Shown piece after piece: positions 44,326 through 52,112 of a DNA stretch of 64,000 nucleotides. Origin of the DNA: an uncultured archaeon (GTDB taxonomy: Archaea > Micrarchaeota > Micrarchaeia > Micrarchaeales > CABMGC01); contig CAWBCT010000005.1 of NCBI GenBank assembly GCA_963787445.1, forward strand, positions 492,764 to 556,763, given 5' to 3'. The notes below the pieces were generated by a model, which was given only the letters and a program-made list of their open reading frames with translations, was not told where the DNA came from and did no database searches. Numbering within the stretch: the first letter of the stretch is position 1; every line of letters starts with the position of its first letter. A program made the position numbers and the translations under genes.

Positions 44326-44745
44326 TCACTGCGCCCTTGCGTTAGGGGTGTTTTCCTGCAGCTTGGCCCTTGAGATCGGGAGCGGTGCAGGGAAGCCCAT
44401 CGAGTAGGCTACCAGAGTTCCGCGAGCACCGCACTCAAAGTTGAGCAGGTTTATCACGTCCTCTGCAAACTTTAGAGGCAAGGTCTTCTTGCTCTTCCAG
44501 ACAGACTCTATCTCCTCAGCATCCTTCTTTGACTCCTTTGCGAGTATGTCACCCTGAAGTGTAAGCTCGCCAACCTTTGCCGACTTGGTGCCTTCGTACA
44601 CTGCCACGAACGTGAAACCCACTGTGACGTTCTCCTGCGAGACCTTCACATTCTCGAAGTTTATGTTAAACTTCATGTTTCCAATCAGTTCGCCGTTCGG
44701 CTCACGCTTAGCTTCTACTTTCTGCATATCCACTCCTGTTATCAT
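44326..44745 (-). CDS. hypothetical protein (139 aa), weak SecB-like resemblance
   Basis: First gene of the polB operon (16-nt gap). Beta-rich N-terminus, then LNFECGARGTLVAYSMGFPAPLPIS. This is reminiscent of the SecB C-terminal segment (..GTFPQLNLAPV..), judged by eye only. Confidence 0.45.
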   Translation of the reverse strand: MITGVDMQKVEAKREPNGELIGNMKFNINFENVKVSQENVTVGFTFVAVYEGTKSAKVGELTLQGDILAKESKKDAEEIESVWKSKKTLPLKFAEDVINLLNFECGARGTLVAYSMGFPAPLPISRAKLQENTPNARAQ

Positions 44746-44885
44746 ACACTCACGTCTAATATTTTCAAGATATATATCGTGCGTTTACTATAAAATACTT
44801 GTTATTTGGAACGTTTAATCGCCAAAAACTTTTACTTGATAGTGCAATTGGCTAGCGTAAGGTTTAAGAACTATCTATCTTCAAT

Positions 44886-45326
44886 ATGAAATATGCGCAG
44901 CATGGGGTTGGTGGCATTCCAGGCAAGGCTATAGTCAACAACTGCGTCCATTTTATTTCAGAAGTCAAACGCATCTCCAGCAAGACAGAACTCTCCCAGC
45001 AGGAATCTGAAATAAAGGAAACAGCCTGGGTCGTCGCCTCACTATCCTCTAACCATTCCTGGAAAACCTACAAGTACCTGCACCATGATGGCGAGTTTGA
45101 CAATGAGGCGTTTGTTGGTGAGACCGGATATGCCCTGAAGGAAGGCTGGAAAAATATAAGTGAGTCCGACTACGCCGAAGTTAAAAACAAACTTCCCAAG
45201 GATCATCTGCTCAACCGCTGGAAGCAGTATGCTCTTGACGAAAAACACCGCAATAGGTTCAGCCAGTTATACAACAAGTTCCAAAAGGAGCAGGCCTACG
45301 AGCTCCAGCCGGAGACGCAGCGGTAG
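44886..45326 (+). CDS. hypothetical protein (146 aa)
   Basis: ORF with no recognisable motif, lying between an AT-rich divergent region and tRNA-Arg. Confidence 0.4.
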   Translation: MKYAQHGVGGIPGKAIVNNCVHFISEVKRISSKTELSQQESEIKETAWVVASLSSNHSWKTYKYLHHDGEFDNEAFVGETGYALKEGWKNISESDYAEVKNKLPKDHLLNRWKQYALDEKHRNRFSQLYNKFQKEQAYELQPETQR

Positions 45327-45374
45327 TCTTCTACTCTTATTATTCCTTTGTTTCCCAATAACTACTACGGCCAA

Positions 45375-45449
45375 GGGCATGTGGCGTAACTTGGATAGCG
45401 CATCGGGCTTCGGACCCGAGGGTTGCGGGTTCAAATCCCGCCATGCCCA
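45375..45449 (+). tRNA. tRNA-Arg (TCG)
   Basis: Acceptor GGGCATG/CATGCCC, anticodon stem TCGGG/CCCGA with loop CTTCGGA, T stem GCGGG/CCCGC with loop TTCAAAT, discriminator A. Confidence 0.85.
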
Positions 45450-45457
45450 GTCATCAT

Positions 45458-46828
45458 TCAGATTGGTTTTATAATTATTCTACAATTTCTACTACCACAA
45501 CTGCACTTCATAGAATCTCCAGGCACCATTGTTTCTGAATAGTTTGCAGTTATCTCCTCACCCTTCTTGATATTTCTGTTTGCAACATCACAGAAATCAT
45601 CTGCATGCGTATTTGCACTGCACGAATGGTTAACGTATCTCTCTGGAGAACCCATCACAATGTTCTTTCCTTGATAACAAATAACATGACGCTTAGCCTC
45701 ATCAGATAACAAGTTTAATTCTGCATTGGTCAGTTGCTTAGATGTGTGCCATCTAGTAACAATTTCCCCTTCCTTAAAATCTCTAGCTGCAAATAACCCC
45801 TTCCCTTCTATTTTAGATTTTTTAACCGCAAAAGATTGATCGCCTGACTCTTCGCGTAACTTTAGCCTAATCGGCTTGGACATCCTACTTATTTCATCGT
45901 CCATTGATTTCTTGTATTCAGGATCAGTCTTGCTAAGTCTCCTGAGATGCCCATTCTCAAGGAATTTGGGATCAACATAGCGCGTCTTCCCGTGCACCGT
46001 TATCTCACCATCTTCAGAAAATGAGAACTCCAGGGGACCTCCAGCCCTGTCTAGCATGACGTTAAGCTTGGCATCTCCAGCCTTCCTGAGAAAGGCTGTG
46101 ATTTCCTCATCTGTACCATACATACCATCGTGCGTTATGATACCCGTACTCGCTGCGTACCTCAGCGCCTCACCAAGAAGATGATATCTCAACATATGCT
46201 CTGGCGCTGCCCAGTTCTTGATCTGGAAGTCTAGGTACATCCTCCCAAAGGCCTTCGCTGCTGCTTTTGAATCGAAGACAATTTCACCATTGTAAACCTT
46301 TAGGGAATTGAGGCACAGCTTTACCTCTTCGCGGTACCTCATAAGTCCCTCCCTGAGGGTATAATCCACTCTGTCGCCGCAAAGATCCGGCGAAGGCCTT
46401 TCCAGTAATCCATATTTGCCGCTCGACTCAGCAGTGCTTATCTCATGTACATCGAAACCGTTCCTGCTTATAATCTTTCCAAGCTCTGAATTCTTTATGT
46501 ATTGCTCAAGGTTCTTGTCCTGGTAGTCACTCTTTCTCGGGTCGCCGAACGCCCAGTCAACCGTGTGCGAGAAAGCGGTGTGAGAGGCGTCGTGTATAAG
46601 TCCTGCAATTTGCTCTGCAAATGGCGCACCGAGCCTCCTGAGCAGCAGCATCACTCCCACACTGTGCTCGTATCTTGAGAAATTCATTGTGTTTTCAGTT
46701 TTCGTATTGGGCAGGAGGCCATGCTGAAACACACCCTTCAGTCTTTGCATGGGTGCAGAGTTTATCAGCTCCACTAGAACCTTCTCGTTTACCTCAACGG
46801 AACCGTAAACTTCATCTTTAATTAACAA
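45458..46828 (-). CDS. fusion protein: N-terminal HD-domain phosphohydrolase (COG1078/SAMHD1-like) + C-terminal SET-domain lysine methyltransferase
   Basis: HD part: RYEHSVGV...GLIHDASHTAFSH...DRVDY. SET part: GKGLFA, RYVNHSCSANT, EEITANY, and the post-SET CSCGSRNC. The start is TTG. The gene is AT-rich. Confidence 0.8.
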   Translation of the reverse strand: MLIKDEVYGSVEVNEKVLVELINSAPMQRLKGVFQHGLLPNTKTENTMNFSRYEHSVGVMLLLRRLGAPFAEQIAGLIHDASHTAFSHTVDWAFGDPRKSDYQDKNLEQYIKNSELGKIISRNGFDVHEISTAESSGKYGLLERPSPDLCGDRVDYTLREGLMRYREEVKLCLNSLKVYNGEIVFDSKAAAKAFGRMYLDFQIKNWAAPEHMLRYHLLGEALRYAASTGIITHDGMYGTDEEITAFLRKAGDAKLNVMLDRAGGPLEFSFSEDGEITVHGKTRYVDPKFLENGHLRRLSKTDPEYKKSMDDEISRMSKPIRLKLREESGDQSFAVKKSKIEGKGLFAARDFKEGEIVTRWHTSKQLTNAELNLLSDEAKRHVICYQGKNIVMGSPERYVNHSCSANTHADDFCDVANRNIKKGEEITANYSETMVPGDSMKCSCGSRNCRIIIKPI

Positions 46829-46863
46829 GAGATCACCACTGCCTGCTGCCTTAAGTATAAAAT

Positions 46864-48333
46864 TTATGAAGAGAGCATCCTGTTCAGCGCCGGGTAGCTG
46901 TCGAACATGTGCTCCTGCTCAAGCTGCTGGTACACCCCGTACATTATTCCCGCAGTCAGGAGGATTCCCATCCCGTTTCCGATCGCGCCGCTCAGTGTTG
47001 CGAACGCCGCAAGCAGACCCACGAAGATGCTGCCAAGCACCGTAACTGTTGGCAGGTACTTGTCTAGCACGCTCTGGATCATCCTCGGGTCGCGCCTGAA
47101 GCCGGGTATCTGCCACCCTACGTCCTGAAGCTGCTCAGAGACCGCCTTCGAGTTCTGCCCGGTCATCTCGACCCAGAACTTTCCGAAGACGATACAAAGT
47201 ATGACCAGTATTATAGCATATATTATAAAGTGCACCCACTCCGGTATCAAGAGCGGAGCTCCGCCCCAGGGCGGATACAACGGCGAGGTCTGGCTCTCCA
47301 GGACATAGATGTAGTTGCTGTAGCCGCCCACCCCATTGTATTTGGTGGAGTAAGGGAGATAGCCCAGCGGCTGCATGAGGTAGACAACGCCTCCGGTGAG
47401 GATCTGGCTGGTGCCGCCGGTTGAGGAGGTCTGGTTGGTGTAATAGGCGAAGAAGCTCACGATGTTGCCTGCGGCGCCACCGTGCACCGTGGCAAAGATC
47501 CTGAGCCAGACGCTGAGGCTTACCGTAAGCGAGGTGGCCAGGATGACCGGGAGCACGCTCACATACAGGAACGGGATGGGCAGCCGGCCTCCCACGCCCC
47601 TGAACTGGCTGAACACGAGGGGAAGCTCAATCTTCATGTCAAGCACATAGATGCTGATCAGGAAGACGATCATGGCGAAGAAGAGCGGGCCGAAGTCAAG
47701 GATCATCTGCGGAATTGCTGTTGCCCCGCCCGATGCGAGCGAGGTCAAGGCCTCCGGGATGAGTATGTTGCCTGTTCCCGCGACTATGGCGTAGGCGACC
47801 CCGCCGGCTATGAACAGGTTTATTCCAGAGGTGATGCCGTACTTGGTCATCATCTCGTCAAGGTAGATGATTATTATCGCACTTACCGCAAGCTGGGCTG
47901 CGACCACTCCGAAGTACGCGGGGCTTGTGAGGACCACGGTGGTCGATGTGAAGATCGTCGCCTCAATGATGGCGATGACTATCGCCGCAAGCTTCTGGAT
48001 GCTCTGCATCCTGGACTTCTGGGCCGGGTCGTTCATGTCTATCTTCAGGACGCCCGCCCCCTGGAGCATCTGGAGTATGATGCTCGATAGCACAATCGGC
48101 CCGATACCGACAGTCACCAACGTGCCTATGCGTGCCGCGAAGATAGTGTTTATTACTGCGAACAGCGGGCTGTTGAGCGCCGCAATGTTCACTCCGAACG
48201 CCGGAGTGCTGAACATAACGAAATAGACCGCTATGACGATTGCCGTCCACTTCAGCTTCTCCCTGAACGTAAGCGGCCCAAGGGGGCTCTTAATGTTCGG
48301 TATGAAGTTCAGGATCGTGTCAAGTATCGACAT
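46864..48333 (-). CDS. secY: preprotein translocase subunit SecY
   Basis: 489 aa with 10 TM helices. The N-terminal P.....L.FREKLKWTAIVIAVYFVM and the overall pattern are typical of archaeal SecY/Sec61alpha. GTGAG lies upstream of the ATG. Confidence 0.95.
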   Translation of the reverse strand: MSILDTILNFIPNIKSPLGPLTFREKLKWTAIVIAVYFVMFSTPAFGVNIAALNSPLFAVINTIFAARIGTLVTVGIGPIVLSSIILQMLQGAGVLKIDMNDPAQKSRMQSIQKLAAIVIAIIEATIFTSTTVVLTSPAYFGVVAAQLAVSAIIIIYLDEMMTKYGITSGINLFIAGGVAYAIVAGTGNILIPEALTSLASGGATAIPQMILDFGPLFFAMIVFLISIYVLDMKIELPLVFSQFRGVGGRLPIPFLYVSVLPVILATSLTVSLSVWLRIFATVHGGAAGNIVSFFAYYTNQTSSTGGTSQILTGGVVYLMQPLGYLPYSTKYNGVGGYSNYIYVLESQTSPLYPPWGGAPLLIPEWVHFIIYAIILVILCIVFGKFWVEMTGQNSKAVSEQLQDVGWQIPGFRRDPRMIQSVLDKYLPTVTVLGSIFVGLLAAFATLSGAIGNGMGILLTAGIMYGVYQQLEQEHMFDSYPALNRMLSS

Positions 48334-48345
48334 GAAGGCTCACTA

Positions 48346-49341
48346 CTATCTTGGTTTCAGGCTGAACGAAACGGCGTATGCACCATTGGCTGTCCGCTTT
48401 ATCTCCACAGCAGACTTCTCATACTCCCTGCACAGGTATCCTGTGAAGGCCGGAAGCGTCAACTCGACGTACGGTGACGTGGAGTTATACAGCGTATATG
48501 TTATTGTGACAGACTTTTTAGCCTTTGTGTTTTTTGTGAAGACCGCTTTGATCCCAAGGAACCTGCCCATGTTCTCCAGCATCTCGGCCTCTTCCTTCCT
48601 GTCGGACGCCTCTGGCAGGGCCTTTGCCGCGAGGTAAAGCAGCGCTGAGATGCCGTTGGCAACCCCTCCGTTCAGCAGGGGATCCAGGGCGAGCATGGTG
48701 TAGGGATCCGCATGCGCCTTCTCTTCGCCTGCCAGGGCCATCATCTCCGCCAGGCCCTTCACCACCGCGTTCACGTTTACCCTGGGCTGCGGCTCCTGCT
48801 CAACCGCGGCTCCCGAGACGAAGGCGCACGAGGTGGAGCCGTCAAGCCGGCACTGAAGCTCGGACGTTGTTATGGAGTTCTTAGTGTAAGCGGAGAAGTA
48901 GCCGGCTATGATCCCGCACTCGTAGTGGTGCGCCCTGCTGCCTAGGTTTGGGTGTTTCCTCTTTGTTGTGGAGTGTATGTGCGATACGTCGGCCGAAGGC
49001 GTGTAGAGCACCTCCCCCAGCCCGCTCCTTTCCAAAAGAGTCAACATGTTTTGAACGCCGCCGTAGCGCATCTGGAGCAGCTTCCCGATGCTAAAGCCGT
49101 ACCGGTAGGCAAGCCTGTGCATCGACGGGGTTGAGTTGTAAAGCAGCGTGTGCAGGCCTGTCGCCTCCTGCGTTTTGGGCGACTCTATTGCGTGCTTTAG
49201 GAGCAGTTCAACCGCATCAAGCGGCGTGCTGGTCCCGGATTCTGCCCAGCTCCTTCTTACTGAAGGGATCTTCCGAGTCCTGGGTCTGGACCTCTTCGCC
49301 TTTACCACACCCTTTGCAGGCATTGATGCACCAAGTATCAT
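48346..49341 (-). CDS. V4R-domain-containing protein with basic N-terminal tail
   Basis: HHYECGIIAGYFS...SELQCRLDGSTSCAFV fits the V4R E..C...G...C.F signature. The N-terminus is KAKRSRPRTRKIPSVRR. It lies 12 nt upstream of secY. Confidence 0.45.
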   Translation of the reverse strand: MILGASMPAKGVVKAKRSRPRTRKIPSVRRSWAESGTSTPLDAVELLLKHAIESPKTQEATGLHTLLYNSTPSMHRLAYRYGFSIGKLLQMRYGGVQNMLTLLERSGLGEVLYTPSADVSHIHSTTKRKHPNLGSRAHHYECGIIAGYFSAYTKNSITTSELQCRLDGSTSCAFVSGAAVEQEPQPRVNVNAVVKGLAEMMALAGEEKAHADPYTMLALDPLLNGGVANGISALLYLAAKALPEASDRKEEAEMLENMGRFLGIKAVFTKNTKAKKSVTITYTLYNSTSPYVELTLPAFTGYLCREYEKSAVEIKRTANGAYAVSFSLKPR

Positions 49342-49381
49342 AGCGTGTTATGTTTTATAACTGTTTGGTGTTTCTTTCTCG

Positions 49382-50407
49382 TCACTTCTTTAGGGCATAA
49401 AGGGTGGTCTCCTGTCTGTTGCTTGGCAGGGTCCTTACGCCAACTATCTCGTACTCCTTTCCGAGCAGTTCTTCGGACTTCTTGATTATTTTAGAGAGGG
49501 CCCGCGTTATGCACTTGATAGTTATTATTAGGGCCGCCCCTTTCTTCAGGCAGTCGGAGAACTGCAGGACCGCCTGGATCGCCTCGCCCGCCTCGATGTT
49601 CATGTCGCTGGCGATGAGATCCACATCCCTGAGCGTCGCTGCAACATTCTGAAAATTGGACCGTACGTGAAGTATGTCGTATCTGCCGACAAAGCCCCCA
49701 ACCTCCGAAGTATTGTCTATGGACTTTACGGTCAGGCCCATCGCGCTCAGCTTCTCGTAGTTCAGGGCCCCGTTGTCCACCGCCACCACCTTGAAATCCT
49801 TCCTGGCCAGGTAGGCGCTCCATCCTCCTGGCGCAGCGCCAAGATCGATCGCGACCCCGCCGCCTGTTTTTATCCTGAACTCGTCGAACGCCTCGATCAA
49901 CTTGAGCTCCGCCCTGCTGATCCCCGTGGCAAGCGCCTGATAATGCCTTACGGGATTCAGGAAAAGCGCCGGGTCGTAGGGGACGAAGCCAACATAGCAG
50001 TGCATGTCAACTATTACGAGGTAGGCAAGCACGGCCGGATCCTCAAGGGTTACCGCATAACCCTCCTTTTCCAGCCTTTTTCCCAGCGCCACCTCTATAT
50101 CTTTCGCAGAATAGCCCCTTTTGGAGTTCATGTCAAAGCACTCCAGCCTTATCCTGCCTTCGGGTAGCTTTGCAGCCACTAGAACTCGGTGCAGGTCCTC
50201 AAGATAGGTGCCCTCGCTGATCTTATCGTGCGCGTAGAGCTTCAGCAATCTATAAAGCAGCACCGGATTTTCCCTTTTGAATGCCTTTTCTATGTCCACA
50301 TCTTCTGCGTCAAGAACAAATGCGTTAACGAACTGGTGCCGGACAGAGAACTTTCCCAGGACCCTGCCCAGCTCATCCATATCGCTGGTGGGGAAGAAGC
50401 TGGACAT
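49382..50407 (-). CDS. RlmM-like THUMP + FtsJ-type RNA 2'-O-methyltransferase
   Basis: ISRAELKLIEAFDEF....AIDLGAAPGGWSAYLARKDFKVVAVDNG closely parallels E. coli RlmM RSTLKLEEAF...AVDLGACPGGWTYQL...VYSVDNG. Confidence 0.65.
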   Translation of the reverse strand: MSSFFPTSDMDELGRVLGKFSVRHQFVNAFVLDAEDVDIEKAFKRENPVLLYRLLKLYAHDKISEGTYLEDLHRVLVAAKLPEGRIRLECFDMNSKRGYSAKDIEVALGKRLEKEGYAVTLEDPAVLAYLVIVDMHCYVGFVPYDPALFLNPVRHYQALATGISRAELKLIEAFDEFRIKTGGGVAIDLGAAPGGWSAYLARKDFKVVAVDNGALNYEKLSAMGLTVKSIDNTSEVGGFVGRYDILHVRSNFQNVAATLRDVDLIASDMNIEAGEAIQAVLQFSDCLKKGAALIITIKCITRALSKIIKKSEELLGKEYEIVGVRTLPSNRQETTLYALKK

Positions 50408-50429
50408 GTAGGCAAAGTACTCCAGAAAA

Positions 50430-51053
50430 TCACTGAAGCTCCTTTAGGAGCCCGTCCAGGCTCCTGTATATGTAGTCTGGCTCTGCGGACTCAAGTTTTG
50501 AGTAGTGCTCAAGGCCGTCGCCGACCAGGCAGGAGTCGATCCCGGCGAACTTTGCCGCTATGGCATCCGAGGCGGTGTCGCCAAAGTAGATGCACCTCTC
50601 CTTCGGCACGCGGTACTTCGAGATTATTGCCAACAGGCCCGTCGGATCCGGCTTGTACCTGCCTATGGTGCTCGCGCTCAGGATGAAATCGAAATAGTCA
50701 AGGGCCTTTAGAAGGCGCAGTTCGCTTGTAAGTCTGTAGCTCTTGGAATCGCTGAACAGGGCAATCTTTTTCCCAGAGCCTTTGATCTTTTTAAGAATCT
50801 CGGGCGCATCTTTCTTCATGTGCGGGGGCCACACCGCCACATATGCATCGTAGATGCCTGCCAGAAACCGGCTTTTCGTCTCGCGTATCTCAACGTCGGC
50901 CACCTCCCTCCTGTATTTTTCTTCATGCCTCTTCACGTACTGCGGGTCGTAGCGCCTTTGGAACAGCCTGGAGACCGCAACAATCAGAGTTGAGGTGGTG
51001 ATCGTGCCATCCCAGTCAAAGATAAAGAGGTCATAGTCCTTCAGAAGTGACAT
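50430..51053 (-). CDS. HAD-superfamily phosphatase (phosphoglycolate-phosphatase-like)
   Basis: Intact motifs FDWDGTI, FSDSKS, GRYKPDP and FGDTASDAIAA. The start is set at ATG 51053. Confidence 0.75.
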   Translation of the reverse strand: MSLLKDYDLFIFDWDGTITTSTLIVAVSRLFQRRYDPQYVKRHEEKYRREVADVEIRETKSRFLAGIYDAYVAVWPPHMKKDAPEILKKIKGSGKKIALFSDSKSYRLTSELRLLKALDYFDFILSASTIGRYKPDPTGLLAIISKYRVPKERCIYFGDTASDAIAAKFAGIDSCLVGDGLEHYSKLESAEPDYIYRSLDGLLKELQ

Positions 51054-51169
51054 AGGGTTAATAATGTTGGCAACAAATAAAAGCATGTGTGATGACACAG
51101 GTGATCGCTGAGCTCTGTGCAATGACGATTGGTAGGCGGTCTGAAAAGTGTCAATAAAACAGTGAATGA

Positions 51170-52060
51170 ATGCCTGGAGAAAGGATCACCGCACTCGCCC
51201 GGCTTAACAAGCCGAACTCCAGCATCAGTGTAAAGAATATCGCAAGCCAGAAATGGTGCGAAAAGCAGATGGAACTGTACATGAAGGTTCCGTACAGCAC
51301 GCCAGCCATGCAAAGCGGCGCCGCTGTGCACACAACAATGCAGGAAAAGGTCTACGTGAAGCTGGTCGCAGAACCGGTCACGTGGCAGGACAGGCAGTAC
51401 AAGTGGGCCTACGAGAACTACGCCGGCCTCTCAAAGATGTCCGATGACAGGTACTGCAGGGAGATAAGGATCTACGGCTCGATAGACGGGTTCAAGATCT
51501 CCGGGCAGATAGACGAGCTTCTTCTTAGTGACGGAAAGGTAATGATTGCAGAGGACAAAACCATACTCGGCGAGCCGGGCAAGGTCAGCCTCAGGTTTGA
51601 GTCAGACAAGGTCCAGTCTTTCATATACAAGCGGCTTGTGGATGACATCAGGGAGGGCAGATATACCTACGCGACCTTTGCAAAGCAGCATGACATACTC
51701 GGCAGATCCCTCTCGCCAGCATTCAAGAAAGCGATTAACGAACTTGGAGTGAAGCCAGAGCTGCAGACGCTTGAAGGCATATACACCAAACTCTTCGAAA
51801 AACTGGTTTCTCTTCCCGAAACGAGCGACAAGATAGAACTGAGGTATCTTGACCGCGACTCAAAGGAACTTCTGACCGATCTGTACCTTCCATTTGAGTC
51901 GAAACAACTTGAAGAGTACCTAAACGACGCGATGAAATACTGGCACGGTGAGAGAGAAGCACAGCCAGTTCCTGAAAAGGAACAGTGGAAGTGCAAGATG
52001 TGCAAATTCTTCGGCAAGGAGTGCAAAGTCTGGTGGACAGAGCCGCAGAAAAGCCTCTGA
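51170..52060 (+). CDS. PD-(D/E)xK nuclease with Fe-S cysteines (Cas4/Exo5-like), stand-alone
   Basis: N-terminal QKWCEKQ, the core GQIDELLLSDGKVMIAEDKT (D..E.K), and C-terminal WKCKMCKFFGKECKVW. This gives the 1+3 Cys pattern of Cas4/AddB-type nucleases. Confidence 0.6.
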   Translation: MPGERITALARLNKPNSSISVKNIASQKWCEKQMELYMKVPYSTPAMQSGAAVHTTMQEKVYVKLVAEPVTWQDRQYKWAYENYAGLSKMSDDRYCREIRIYGSIDGFKISGQIDELLLSDGKVMIAEDKTILGEPGKVSLRFESDKVQSFIYKRLVDDIREGRYTYATFAKQHDILGRSLSPAFKKAINELGVKPELQTLEGIYTKLFEKLVSLPETSDKIELRYLDRDSKELLTDLYLPFESKQLEEYLNDAMKYWHGEREAQPVPEKEQWKCKMCKFFGKECKVWWTEPQKSL

Positions 52061-52112
52061 CATCATCTTTAATATATCCTGCTAAATATACTAAAAATGA
52101 CACGGTGCAATT

